Sequence record: PZ242158.1
Length of the DNA stretch: 64,000 nucleotides
Reading direction: 5' to 3' (one strand)
From: a phage
Of this stretch, positions 28,278 through 37,367 are shown piece by piece. The notes beneath the pieces were generated by a model, which searched no databases, was not told the DNA's origin, and saw only the letters and a list, made by a program, of their open reading frames with translations. Each line of letters opens with the position of its first letter. Position 1 is the first letter of the stretch. A program made the position numbers and the translations under genes.

Positions 28278-28410
28278 CCCATTCCGTCCGCCTGGCAGCG
28301 CTCCTGTAGGTCCTGCAAGGACTCTAGCTTTCAGCTAGACCCTTCGGGCCTCCCTACAGGTCAGGTCAAAATCGTGGTAGAATTGGGCCTATTCAGATAT
28401 TTCTGGCTGA

Positions 28411-28952
28411 CTCTTCAGGTCTGTGTGGGAAAAGCCAACCTCTCCGGCGGGGCAGGGGGAGGTCAATTAAAAAATTTACGTGGTGTATGAAGCGCTCTTC
28501 AGGTAAGGCAGGTATTATGGGATGAAACCCTCTTCAGGCAATGATATTTGTGGGTGTGATATTTGCTGGAAAGCCAGATATGACGGGACTCCCGGCGGGG
28601 CAGGGGTAGTACAGACAGGGAAAATATGAGAATGTAGTTGGGGAAATTGATCAGACAGGTAGAGTATGGAATATGTTACAAGTATGTTAAATATGGAGGT
28701 TGAATATCTGTAGGATTTGTGTGTAAAATCAAAGACTTAAGGGGTGTTGTGATATTTTCTATAAATAATTCAAGTTTAATAGGTGATATTTGTCTCTATC
28801 CGCTTTGTGTGGTAAACAGATTCAGATGAGATTGGTTTACAAGTGTATACATAATATACAAATTAAAGATACAAGAAACCCCCCATCCCCCTTCGGCTAC
28901 CATTCACCTTTTCCTCTGACTGGTACTTAAACACTTATTCAGACTCTTCAGG
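28411..28952. repeat. cluster of CTCTTCAGG boxes (4 copies; a 5th near 29594) and duplicated CCGGCGGGGCAGGGG
   Basis: 9-mer recurs at ~28411, 28495, 28530, 28944 within non-coding DNA; also long inverted repeat CCTGTAGG...CCTACAGG at ~28300-28360. Confidence 0.5.
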
Positions 28953-29304
28953 TTATCACCCATATATCATATGGCAGTGACTGGTGTCCTCCGGCCCCTC
29001 TTTCGTCACCCGTCCGCTTCGCCATGCTAATGCCATAGCCAATGGTTCGGTTGTTCACCCTGTTCACTCAGGTGTATCTCCATACCCCTTCAAACCGAAG
29101 AGAACAGAAAACCCGAATTACTCGGTAAAAGAAAAGAGAAGAACTTAATTTTATCAGGATAGGCAAGAATGTCAAGGCATGACTGCTCACTAAACAAGCA
29201 AACAGTCATGTGTGGGAGGTAAGTGATTGTGGTGGTGGGAAATTTAGTTGAAAGATGTGTTATAGGTGCGCTTCCAGCACTTTAGCCGGGCAGCTAATTG
29301 TGTG

Positions 29305-29520
29305 TCAGTCCAGTGGTTCATCACCTACTTCACTGAAATCAATGTTCATGGTCTCCTCCCAACCATCAATCTCAGCACCAGAGTAGAGATCTTTAGGACT
29401 TACTCCCAAAGCATCAGCAACAGAGTCCATATTTAACACCTCTGGCAGGTATGATTCATCGAATTCAAGGTAAATCAGGCCACGAGTGTTGTCAGCTCCA
29501 CCAAATATTTCTATCTTCAT
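29305..29520 (-). CDS. small acidic protein
   Basis: First gene of the minus-strand array; Asp/Glu-rich; no domain. Confidence 0.5.
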   Translation of the reverse strand: MKIEIFGGADNTRGLIYLEFDESYLPEVLNMDSVADALGVSPKDLYSGAEIDGWEETMNIDFSEVGDEPLD

Positions 29521-29641
29521 GAAATCTCCTCTGGAAATGAGAGTGTGAACAGGGTTTTATACGTTCCGATGCACAGGAATTATGCACGTTTGCCTCTTCA
29601 GGCCATGCTTTAGCATGAGGAACCTGTGTGGGCTCGGTGCT

Positions 29642-29854
29642 TCATAGTCTACCACCCCTGAACTCTTCGTGCTCAGGCATAATAGAGAACCAGATATCTA
29701 CGATGTCTTCCCACGTTAGGTCATCAGCCTCAGGATCTACCTGGAGCGAAGATGGAGAATCTTCAGAATCTAAGTTTTCCTCTTTCACTGGCTCAGCCAA
29801 GGGACATATAGTCACTCCTTTGGATGTCTCTTCAGATGCATGTGTGTTTATCAT
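29642..29854 (-). CDS. small acidic protein
   Basis: Start overlaps upstream stop (ATGA). Confidence 0.5.
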   Translation of the reverse strand: MINTHASEETSKGVTICPLAEPVKEENLDSEDSPSSLQVDPEADDLTWEDIVDIWFSIMPEHEEFRGGRL

Positions 29855-29940
29855 GTTCCACCCGTGAGTATTCCGGCAACAGCCGCTATGGACGTAATGA
29901 TCATCAGGATCACCACTAAAACTTCGGACAATGTTCTCAT
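29851..29940 (-). CDS. small hydrophobic peptide (29 aa)
   Basis: GGAG RBS; MRTLSEVLVVILMIITSIAAVAGILTGGT; stop overlaps next start. Confidence 0.4.
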   Translation of the reverse strand: MRTLSEVLVVILMIITSIAAVAGILTGGT

Positions 29941-30161
29941 TGTGTACTCCATATTCTACAAACTATGTGTGGATACTATCACTGGATCGGTAATGTGTCA
30001 ACAGAAACGCCGCGAGGGTTTGGTTAAAATCCGAGCGTATGGTGATTTGGGTCAAAACGGACGTGCGTTCTCGCTACGCTCGAAATATGGAGTTGTTTGT
30101 AGGGAGCTCTTAAACGCTCTGTAATGAGATTAACTGCCCAAGGTATGCAATCGTGCACCAG

Positions 30162-30189
30162 ATAAAGAAAAGGACGCCACAGAGCGTCC
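30162..30189 (-). terminator. rho-independent terminator
   Basis: GGACGC-TCTGTG-GCGTCC hairpin followed by TTTTCTTT on the minus strand. Confidence 0.6.
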
Positions 30190-30214
30190 TAGGTGTCTTA
30201 AATTTGATATTTTG

Positions 30215-30526
30215 CTATACCCACGAGGGCTTATCAAGGTTGGAGTAGCTGAAAGGTGTCAAAAGGTGACTGTCAAAATCTCTCAAACTATCCAAATCTT
30301 TTTCCTCGTCCTGACACCATCTGTGCCTACATTTGTTGTTGTAGTGCATGGAATGCATAGCGTTCTGCAACTTAACAGGCACAAGTGATTCAGGAGTAGA
30401 TAGTATTGTTGGGTATGCCAGAACCACCTCAAACAGTGGAAACACATCGAAACTAAAGTCTACCTCTGCAGAGGTTGATGGCATGTAGGAGTATTTAGCC
30501 GCCTTTGTAGACATAATCCACCTCAC
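30215..30526 (-). CDS. hypothetical protein
   Basis: ORF in minus array; no domain. Confidence 0.5.
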   Translation of the reverse strand: MRWIMSTKAAKYSYMPSTSAEVDFSFDVFPLFEVVLAYPTILSTPESLVPVKLQNAMHSMHYNNKCRHRWCQDEEKDLDSLRDFDSHLLTPFSYSNLDKPSWV

Positions 30527-30855
30527 ACAGGTTTGATAATACCTTCACCGAATAGCTCTTCGTATCTAATCTTGTCCGGATCCCACTCCTGGAGAATTTC
30601 GAAGACAATATCCAACCCAGGAACAATCACTTCTCCAGTGTCAAGCTTAGCAAGAACAAAACCGGAAGGTTGAATGGTTTCCCAGTTACGGCGATCAGAA
30701 TAAAATACTTCGAAAATATCACCAACCTCAATCCGTTTCTGTTGCTCAAGATGCTCAAGGTTCTCTTTCATACGGATGCAGCGTATTTTTCGTGCAGGCC
30801 ATAGACCACCTGCATCACGTTCATTCAATTCTTTTACAGTGATCGGTATACCCAT
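30523..30855 (-). CDS. hypothetical protein
   Basis: AAGGAG RBS; coupled to downstream gene. Confidence 0.5.
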   Translation of the reverse strand: MGIPITVKELNERDAGGLWPARKIRCIRMKENLEHLEQQKRIEVGDIFEVFYSDRRNWETIQPSGFVLAKLDTGEVIVPGLDIVFEILQEWDPDKIRYEELFGEGIIKPV

Positions 30856-30877
30856 CTCAAATCTCCTTCATAGATAG

Positions 30878-30900
30878 TAAAAGAGGGGCCCAAGCCCCTC
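30878..30900 (-). terminator. rho-independent terminator
   Basis: GAGGGGC-TTGG-GCCCCTC hairpin followed by TTTT on the minus strand. Confidence 0.6.
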
Positions 30901-30909
30901 TCTTTGTCA

Positions 30910-31215
30910 TTATTCTACAGAGCGTTTGAACAGAATGTCTGCCTCGGACATGTGCTCAACCTCTTCTTCGATTTTAGCTCGACGTTTTTCAGCCTCATAG
31001 CGAATATCGAACTCGGTAGCCACCAGAGATTTGATGAATTTAGGAGAATACAGGTGATCCTGCTTCTCAACGAGAATGATATCCTTAATGGCATCTTTCA
31101 GATCTTTAATCTGAAGTTGGAGTTCCACCAGTTCTTCGATTGTCTTGCGAAGGCGATCACGCTCTGCAGTGTCAGAAGGAAGAGAGGTGAACAGTTCAAC
31201 TTTAGATTTAGCCAT
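30910..31215 (-). CDS. coiled-coil protein
   Basis: Charged heptad-like sequence; no domain. Confidence 0.5.
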   Translation of the reverse strand: MAKSKVELFTSLPSDTAERDRLRKTIEELVELQLQIKDLKDAIKDIILVEKQDHLYSPKFIKSLVATEFDIRYEAEKRRAKIEEEVEHMSEADILFKRSVE

Positions 31216-31243
31216 AGTAAGAGTCTCCTTATGTTGTTTTAAA

Positions 31244-31495
31244 TTAACGTTCTACAAAAATATCGTTCAGTTCAATAACCAGGAATTTCTGGTCTTCACT
31301 GTCGTCTCGTGCCAGCACCTCACAGACGTATCGGTCATCTCCATCATCATCGCAGTCAAATACAAGACTGAGGACTTTATCATGGTAAACCTTCGCCACT
31401 ACCGCCTCGTAAGTATTGCCGATTGTGAATCCAAGATAATCTCCGATGCATTTGACAACAACATGGTCTCCAGCATTTAAGTCAATCTTCGTCAT
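31244..31495 (-). CDS. small acidic protein
   Basis: Internal Met after AAGGAG RBS (track ORF extends to 31561). Confidence 0.5.
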   Translation of the reverse strand: MTKIDLNAGDHVVVKCIGDYLGFTIGNTYEAVVAKVYHDKVLSLVFDCDDDGDDRYVCEVLARDDSEDQKFLVIELNDIFVER

Positions 31496-31650
31496 TACTG
31501 CGCTCCTTGGGTAATAATACTGTATGTAAAACTTTAACCAGAGATGTGAATAACGCCCCAAAACACACCGATAGCGCTAAAACAGACAAGGCCATCATTA
31601 AAGCTTCAGTAAAATCAGTCACCCCTCACCTCTTGTTAGTCACTATACTG

Positions 31651-31914
31651 TCATTTATCCTTGCCGTCAAGAACTTTTTTAAATCTTTCAGGGATATCGC
31701 CTGTTCTTAGATAGCTCATGACCTCACAAGGTTCCCACTTAAATTTCTTACAAAGCAGGGCGGCTGAGATTGTTTCATTGCGAAAAGAAAGGATATTAAT
31801 ATCCCATTCTGAGAACCCCAACTTCCGAAGGGTAGCTACAGAAATCCTCACCGCAACCCAGCAGCAAAAACATGCAACAAACGCCACTGCTATAACCCAC
31901 ATCAGGATGTTCAT
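31651..31914 (-). CDS. membrane protein
   Basis: N-terminal hydrophobic helix MNILMWVIAVAFVACFCCWVAV. Confidence 0.5.
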   Translation of the reverse strand: MNILMWVIAVAFVACFCCWVAVRISVATLRKLGFSEWDINILSFRNETISAALLCKKFKWEPCEVMSYLRTGDIPERFKKVLDGKDK

Positions 31915-31923
31915 ACAAGCACC

Positions 31924-32007
31924 TCACTGAAATACAAGACACAGTGTTAAGGTTACTGACCAGCAAATAATTAACAGTGCCGTTGCAACCTTGGCAAGAT
32001 TTATCAT
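31924..32007 (-). CDS. small hydrophobic peptide (27 aa)
   Basis: ATG overlaps upstream stop; MINLAKVATALLIICWSVTLTLCLVFQ. Confidence 0.35.
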   Translation of the reverse strand: MINLAKVATALLIICWSVTLTLCLVFQ

Positions 32008-32291
32008 AGTGCCTCTAAGATTTCATATCCTTCGGGTCGGAATACAAGCCACTCCGTGGCTCCGTTTGGTCGATACGCTTTATACAGAACAACCTGATCT
32101 CGGCACATGCACATAGCTACATAGTTTTCATCCACACCTGCAGCCTGCATTGCAGCTTCTTCTCCGGCAACTGCTTTGCTTACAACCTCCTTGGTAGGCA
32201 GGTGTGCGATCAGCTCGTCACCATCATTAATTCCAAAATGGCTGAGTTCTCCATTGGTATCTTTAATCTTAATCTTAACCAGATCTTTCAT
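32004..32291 (-). CDS. small acidic protein
   Basis: Coupled ORF; no domain. Confidence 0.5.
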   Translation of the reverse strand: MKDLVKIKIKDTNGELSHFGINDGDELIAHLPTKEVVSKAVAGEEAAMQAAGVDENYVAMCMCRDQVVLYKAYRPNGATEWLVFRPEGYEILEAL

Positions 32292-32620
32292 TAGTCTTCC
32301 TCCAGGTTCAAAGGCCCTAAGATTTCATATGCCAGATTAGAAGTTACCAGAGGGTCTTCTGCATCTTTAGTATTGTACCACCCGTGAATAACCAGAGTCC
32401 CACTTTGTTTCATGTCCAACTGGAGCTCTTCTGCCGTTTCCTCATCCAGCTCCAAGATTTCCATGAGGTATTTGATGTTAGGAAGGTATGCAGCTGTTAC
32501 AGTTCCCTCCACCAAACCTTCGGGCCAACCTACATCCGGATGACAAGTAGGAACCAAGTTGGTCAACTTAATGGTGTACGCTTTTTCTGCACGAGCCTTC
32601 AGTAACGGGTCAATCTTCAT
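32291..32620 (-). CDS. small acidic protein
   Basis: Coupled ORF; MKI N-terminus shared with neighbours. Confidence 0.5.
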   Translation of the reverse strand: MKIDPLLKARAEKAYTIKLTNLVPTCHPDVGWPEGLVEGTVTAAYLPNIKYLMEILELDEETAEELQLDMKQSGTLVIHGWYNTKDAEDPLVTSNLAYEILGPLNLEED

Positions 32621-32970
32621 TATTCGTCCTCCTCTTCGGTGCCTGCTTCCAGTAATAAGTTAAGAATATCTTCTGCACAAGGCTCATAGAACTCTTGGCC
32701 TTCATTATCGATGATTTTGTAGTCATCTCCACGAATAATTAGTGGATCACTCTCAAAATTATCGAGACCTTTAACAACGACAACACGATCGATTGCCATC
32801 ATTGTAAGAACTTTATCGACATCTTCCTCTGCTACACCATACTGCAGCAGAATGTCTTTAGTAGGAGGAACAGCATCCACCACAACACCGTTACCAAAAC
32901 CTTCCGGAAGTTTAGCTAAAATATCTTCCGGAACCACATTAACATCAAAACCAGTAATTTCTACTTTCAT
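32620..32970 (-). CDS. small acidic protein
   Basis: Coupled ORF; C-terminal EEEDE tail. Confidence 0.5.
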   Translation of the reverse strand: MKVEITGFDVNVVPEDILAKLPEGFGNGVVVDAVPPTKDILLQYGVAEEDVDKVLTMMAIDRVVVVKGLDNFESDPLIIRGDDYKIIDNEGQEFYEPCAEDILNLLLEAGTEEEDE

Positions 32971-33231
32971 TTACAGCACCTCTTCGTCAACTACTTCATA
33001 AAAATGGCCTGGGATTGCAATAGCGTTCTCACCTTCACCTACAAACACAGTTCCGTCAAGAATCAACATCATAAGAATTTCTGTAATATCCTCTTCCGGA
33101 ACGTTGCCAAAACCTTTAATCAGCTCGTAGGTTGGAATATTTACCTCTAAGATGTCACCATCTTTAGAACGGAAATCAACACCGTCCTGAATCTCTGCCG
33201 TTTCAAGGTTTTTCAATTTAATCTTCATCAA
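32971..33231 (-). CDS. small acidic protein
   Basis: Coupled ORF; MKIKL N-terminus. Confidence 0.5.
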   Translation of the reverse strand: MMKIKLKNLETAEIQDGVDFRSKDGDILEVNIPTYELIKGFGNVPEEDITEILMMLILDGTVFVGEGENAIAIPGHFYEVVDEEVL

Positions 33232-33307
33232 TCGGTCTCCTGTCTTGTTAAGATGAAGGTATTATTTCACACAGGGTTGGCGTTGTCAACACCTGTGTGC
33301 AAGAAAA

Positions 33308-33703
33308 TTACTGAAACAGTGCGGATAAATTACCTTCTGGTGGGAACTTATCTGCCAAAAACGGTGTTAGCACAGTAGCCTTCTGAAGATCTGGGGTCCA
33401 CTCGTTGTTCAGAACATCCCAGTAGTACGCAATGTTGCTGTGTGGGTGCCGCATTACGAACTTTTTCCCTTCGTAGTCATCTGAAACCTCTACAGAAGAA
33501 ATAACAACAGAATCTTCAAGGGTTTCTTCATAGAAAGATCCGCCTTCAAATTTCCAACGAGATGCAAGAGCCCCTGCCTTGAACGCTGCAGATAACGGAC
33601 TGTCGGCAAGAACATACATTTCTTGCACTCTGTCGCTGCGATCTTTGCTTCTTACGTTGTATACAGTATCTGAGCTATACTCAACACGGTATAGGCTTAC
33701 CAT
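33308..33703 (-). CDS. hypothetical protein, paralog family 2 (with 35510..35908)
   Basis: Shares F-V-HP-S...YW...WTP block with 35510..35908. Confidence 0.5.
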   Translation of the reverse strand: MVSLYRVEYSSDTVYNVRSKDRSDRVQEMYVLADSPLSAAFKAGALASRWKFEGGSFYEETLEDSVVISSVEVSDDYEGKKFVMRHPHSNIAYYWDVLNNEWTPDLQKATVLTPFLADKFPPEGNLSALFQ

Positions 33704-34035
33704 TACCGCACCTCCTCAATAACTTCCACATCTGAACCTACCACAAATGCAAAAGGACAGGTTTCATGAAAGACATCCGGATCGCCGCCAAGCTTGCTAA
33801 CAATCTCTCCACCACTAATAAACACAAGCTCACCGATATTCATCAGATTGCTGAAATAGTACCCATAATGATTAAAGAATGCAGCAGGGTCAGGTAGACT
33901 AGTAGCCTCAAGCACTACATCAGTTGAGGTTACTTTCTTATCATAACCTCTCGCCTTTTGAGATGCAAGATCTGCAGAATCCTCAGGCGACCGGAGATGC
34001 ACAGGAATTGTTTCACCAATAAAGCGTACTTTCAT
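33703..34035 (-). CDS. small acidic protein
   Basis: Internal Met MKVRFIG chosen (track ORF extends to 34062). Confidence 0.45.
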   Translation of the reverse strand: MKVRFIGETIPVHLRSPEDSADLASQKARGYDKKVTSTDVVLEATSLPDPAAFFNHYGYYFSNLMNIGELVFISGGEIVSKLGGDPDVFHETCPFAFVVGSDVEVIEEVR

Positions 34036-34039
34036 ATTA

Positions 34040-34303
34040 TCACCCAACAACCATAGCTTCAAAAGGGGTCATGAACGAATAAACGGCATCATCATCTGCT
34101 TCAGGGAATGCTCCCAAAGACTTCATGTCTGAGCCCTTGACAAATACAAGGTTTTGATCAAAAGCTTCTTGAGGATCAATCCGATACATATTTCGTAGAA
34201 TATCGCCTACCTCCTCATCAAGAGGTGAGTATGCTGTGCACGTTTTTCCGATCAAGCTTTGAGAATCAGGGTATCCACCTGAAGTTTTAAAATAAACAAT
34301 CAT
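34040..34303 (-). CDS. small acidic protein
   Basis: Contains VKGSDMKSLGAFPE, related to family 1 motif. Confidence 0.5.
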   Translation of the reverse strand: MIVYFKTSGGYPDSQSLIGKTCTAYSPLDEEVGDILRNMYRIDPQEAFDQNLVFVKGSDMKSLGAFPEADDDAVYSFMTPFEAMVVG

Positions 34304-34394
34304 ATAGTATCACCTCTGGTAAGAGATTGGGATTCCTTTCCCACAAATAATTACAAACCTTCCTTATCGAGGAAGTATGCTAATCCAAGCAGGA

Positions 34395-34664
34395 TTATTC
34401 CTCTACAATCTCATACACATCCGGAGTTACAATCAACTCTTCTCCGTTACCCGGTGCAACAAACACCACCATGCCTTCAGGTGTGTGCTTTTTAGCCATC
34501 TCGATAACATCTTCTCGCAGAGCTGGCTCCATCAGATCAAAACCTTCACCCAGGGCATCACGAACCACCTTCATATAGTCAACTGGTTGTGCTTCGACAA
34601 TCATACCTTCAACCAGTCCACAGTTTTTGTCTGCCAGCTCAGTTTTGAATAATTTAATTTTCAT
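34395..34664 (-). CDS. small acidic protein
   Basis: MKIKLF N-terminus; ends EIVEE. Confidence 0.5.
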   Translation of the reverse strand: MKIKLFKTELADKNCGLVEGMIVEAQPVDYMKVVRDALGEGFDLMEPALREDVIEMAKKHTPEGMVVFVAPGNGEELIVTPDVYEIVEE

Positions 34665-34690
34665 TTAGAGGTCTCCTCAATTATTTGATA

Positions 34691-34792
34691 TTAATAGCCG
34701 TAACCTAACACATTAACTACAACTGCGATTGCAAACATAATTTCAAAGCATGCAATCTCTACATTTGGGACTAATTTCTTGATCACACCCAT
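34691..34792 (-). CDS. small hydrophobic peptide (33 aa)
   Basis: GAGGTG RBS just downstream of HPF stop; MGVIKKLVPNVEIACFEIMFAIAVVVNVLGYGY. Confidence 0.35.
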   Translation of the reverse strand: MGVIKKLVPNVEIACFEIMFAIAVVVNVLGYGY

Positions 34793-34801
34793 TGTAGCAC
34801 C

Positions 34802-35119
34802 TCATTCTCTAAAGTCAATCTTTACTTTGCCTTTCCCCTTACCTTTCTTTCCACCGCATTTAGCCAGTTGACGTGCTGCAACATCTACCATACGGTCAGT
34901 TGCCTCGTAAGCATCACTGCCTTTAGCTTTGGCAATAACTTCTTTTCCAGAATTGTCAAAAATGAACGCCATAACTTCCTGGTGATCATTTTCAACTTTT
35001 ACACTCACACGTGCATAGTTGGCAGAGGGATGCAAACGCTCCAGCTTAGACATTTTGTGGGAAATGAAAGACACCATACCTTCAGTGATTTCTACGTTGC
35101 CAGTGATTTCAATTTGCAT
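34802..35119 (-). CDS. hpf: ribosome hibernation promoting factor homolog (HPF/RaiA family)
   Basis: MQIEITGNVEITE...KLERL...VSVKVE...GKEVIAKAKGSDAYEATDRMVDVAARQLAK aligns along its length with E. coli HPF/RaiA; Lys/Gly-rich C-terminal extension. Confidence 0.8.
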   Translation of the reverse strand: MQIEITGNVEITEGMVSFISHKMSKLERLHPSANYARVSVKVENDHQEVMAFIFDNSGKEVIAKAKGSDAYEATDRMVDVAARQLAKCGGKKGKGKGKVKIDFRE

Positions 35120-35130
35120 AACGTGTTCCT

Positions 35131-35157
35131 TTTAAAGAAGAGGGAACCAAACCCTCT
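35131..35157 (-). terminator. putative terminator or intergenic hairpin
   Basis: AGAGGG-TTTGGTT-CCCTCT hairpin upstream of the HPF RBS. Confidence 0.4.
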
Positions 35158-35201
35158 TTGAAAACAATGATACTAAATCTGAAGCGTTGTGTCAACAGTT
35201 T

Positions 35202-35492
35202 TTACAGATTGTTGTCGATAGTTTTTAAAATATCCACAGCAAGATCTGCCATTTTTCGAACATACTCTGCAAACTCAACAGGATCCTTGATCAAAGAATT
35301 CACAGGGTCGTACCCTAGAGCGTTCAAAATGGCTGCAGCATCTACAACCTTCTCATCATTTGCGAAGATCTCTCCGTCAAACTTGTAGGTCCATTTTGAG
35401 TCAACCTTAGCAGAGCAGGGTTTGTCCATGCTTGTTACACCATCGTCTTTAAACTCTCCTGCGTTATCAATATTTAGAATTAAATCCATCAT
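35202..35492 (-). CDS. small acidic protein
   Basis: Coupled ORF; no domain. Confidence 0.5.
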   Translation of the reverse strand: MMDLILNIDNAGEFKDDGVTSMDKPCSAKVDSKWTYKFDGEIFANDEKVVDAAAILNALGYDPVNSLIKDPVEFAEYVRKMADLAVDILKTIDNNL

Positions 35493-35509
35493 GGTGACAC
35501 CTCACTGTT

Positions 35510-35908
35510 TCAGTTTAGCTTTTCTTCAACAACCCCATAACTTGGGGCAGAGTCAAGAGCTTTCTGGTTTAAAAGTGGCGTAGCAGAATCTGCAAACGGT
35601 GTCCAAGTTTTTGTTCTGGCATTCCAGTAATGCTTCACTCTGGAATCTGGATGCACTATAACAAAAACTTTTTCACTTGTCAACACATTAATTTCTTCTA
35701 CACCCTTGCTGATAATTTCTCCGTCATAGCCCCCAGTCTGGTATCCTTCGTACCAGGTTCTTGCATAGGCATAGCCAGCCTGCCAGCATGCAGCCTCCTC
35801 CGAGGTGGAGACTACGTAGAAGTCTTTCTCAAATTCTGGAATACGCCCTTGCTTTACGCTCCAAGCCCCGCGAATTTTCATTGTAACTTTAAACAGTTTA
35901 TTTTTCAC
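35510..35908 (-). CDS. hypothetical protein, paralog family 2 (with 33308..33703)
   Basis: Shares FVIVHPDSRVKHYWNARTKTWTP block with 33308..33703. Confidence 0.5.
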   Translation of the reverse strand: MKNKLFKVTMKIRGAWSVKQGRIPEFEKDFYVVSTSEEAACWQAGYAYARTWYEGYQTGGYDGEIISKGVEEINVLTSEKVFVIVHPDSRVKHYWNARTKTWTPFADSATPLLNQKALDSAPSYGVVEEKLN

Positions 35909-35920
35909 AACGGTTACCCA

Positions 35921-36175
35921 TCACAGCTCTACAATATCTGCATCTGACCCTACCCCAAAGGCATAGTAGGACTCTTCCCCGAAATAATATTCAGGTGCAC
36001 CAGCGGTGATCAGGTCTGATCCCAAGATAAACACCACGTTGTGGCCTACATAACTGTGATGTTGCCGCACAGGATCATCCCACGGCAACCCTTCAAAGTA
36101 TACCGCAGGAACGACCTTTCCATTCAGGAAGGATTGTCCCAAGTAGACGTTAGAATCAAGAATTTTAACCTTCAT
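35921..36175 (-). CDS. small acidic protein, paralog family 1
   Basis: MKVKILDSNVYLGQ...GSDLITAGAPE matches family motif MKVKxLD...KGxDLxAAGA. Confidence 0.5.
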   Translation of the reverse strand: MKVKILDSNVYLGQSFLNGKVVPAVYFEGLPWDDPVRQHHSYVGHNVVFILGSDLITAGAPEYYFGEESYYAFGVGSDADIVEL

Positions 36176-36392
36176 GATCGTCCTCCACTACCTCTACATC
36201 CTCACCTAGGGCAAAGTTATAGGTCCACTGACTGTCAAAGCATTCCTGAGATGCACCAGCGGCAATAAGATCTGCTCCTTTTATTTTTAAAAGGTCAGGG
36301 TAATCTTCGTTAGGGACAGCAGTAAACACTTTTCCTACTAAAGGCTCCTGACCAATATAGAAGCTTGAATCTAAAACTTTAACTTTCATCAA
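36165..36392 (-). CDS. small acidic protein, paralog family 1
   Basis: MMKVKVLDSSFYIGQ...KGADLIAAGASQE. Confidence 0.5.
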   Translation of the reverse strand: MMKVKVLDSSFYIGQEPLVGKVFTAVPNEDYPDLLKIKGADLIAAGASQECFDSQWTYNFALGEDVEVVEDDHEG

Positions 36393-36676
36393 CGGTCTCC
36401 ATCAGGTGGTTGTGGGACGTAAACACTGTTACGAATATCGTCAGCAGTGTAGTAATAAGTGGTTCCAACCCTGTCTCGGGCTGCAATGTACTCTGCTATA
36501 CCAATAAGTGCCATTGATTTGGTGGCGTATCTTCCCAACTCGTTAGCTCCCCAGTAGAATTTAGACCAGTAGGGAATAAGACCGAACAAATATACCTTTT
36601 GACGAACTTCCCAGTAAGTGCCTTTTCCGACAAGTTTAAACTCTACTTCACTACTGTTAATCTTTTTCATTATCAA
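36389..36676 (-). CDS. hypothetical protein
   Basis: Coupled ORF. Confidence 0.5.
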   Translation of the reverse strand: MIMKKINSSEVEFKLVGKGTYWEVRQKVYLFGLIPYWSKFYWGANELGRYATKSMALIGIAEYIAARDRVGTTYYYTADDIRNSVYVPQPPDGDR

Positions 36677-36969
36677 TCTCCCTCTACCGTGGTCGGATTG
36701 TCAGTAAGAAATTGAGCATTGGCTGGAGGCACGCCTGACATTTTCCACACAACCATAAGTTTGTAACCAGGCACTCTATTAAGTGCAGATCGAGTAGAGT
36801 TTGTGCACGTATACTTTCGCTTTCCAAACCCGTTCTCCATCATAATCCAGTACCCAGTATCTTTGTCACCAGGTATCGGTAGACCACCTTCATCAACCCA
36901 CTGAATGGACCACGGCACGATGGCTACAGCTTTATATTTAAACTTTTTAAACCACTCAAAAAGTTTCAT
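36673..36969 (-). CDS. hypothetical protein
   Basis: Coupled ORF. Confidence 0.5.
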   Translation of the reverse strand: MKLFEWFKKFKYKAVAIVPWSIQWVDEGGLPIPGDKDTGYWIMMENGFGKRKYTCTNSTRSALNRVPGYKLMVVWKMSGVPPANAQFLTDNPTTVEGD

Positions 36970-37154
36970 AATTCAGCCTCGCTTGGCAACTCTTCTACCT
37001 TAACATGCCGAAAAGTGTTACCGTAATGGTTGATCCATGACATCAGCTCGCTTTCTTGCTCTTCCTCTGGGATGAACTCTCGAATGCTGACAAGTTTTAA
37101 GAAAACCCAATCACAATCTGCACCCATTCTACCAGACAGGCAATAGTGCTTCAT
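36966..37154 (-). CDS. hypothetical protein
   Basis: Coupled ORF. Confidence 0.45.
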   Translation of the reverse strand: MKHYCLSGRMGADCDWVFLKLVSIREFIPEEEQESELMSWINHYGNTFRHVKVEELPSEAEL

Positions 37155-37172
37155 AAAACCCTCCTGCCTGGT

Positions 37173-37367
37173 TTAGAATATTGCTTCTTCCATTGCGCCT
37201 GAGAGCAACAAAGAGGTGATCTGGCTAACATTCATCTCAGACTCTACTTCCTCCCCTTTGAAAGGTTCGCGGCAGAATAGGACTGTTTCAGGACTTTTAC
37301 TTCGAACAATATAATACAAATCATTCAATGTGTTGTAGTAATAAGTGTTAAAACGTAAGTTTTTCAT
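37173..37367 (-). CDS. hypothetical protein
   Basis: Short ORF in array. Confidence 0.45.
   Translation of the reverse strand: MKNLRFNTYYYNTLNDLYYIVRSKSPETVLFCREPFKGEEVESEMNVSQITSLLLSGAMEEAIF

Noticed and set aside
27126-28490. ORFs 27126..27308, 27636..27842 and 28248..28490 in the central non-coding region
   Set aside because: Cys-rich or low-complexity translations without RBS, lying in the iteron and tandem-repeat DNA; more plausibly non-coding.
28300-29300. tRNA genes in the motif-dense non-coding region
   Set aside because: Looked for T-arm-like GGTTCGAATCC and cloverleaf spacing; GGTTCGGTTGTTCACCC near 29045 lacks acceptor and anticodon stem complementarity. No tRNA could be supported by eye; a tRNA scanner is still warranted.
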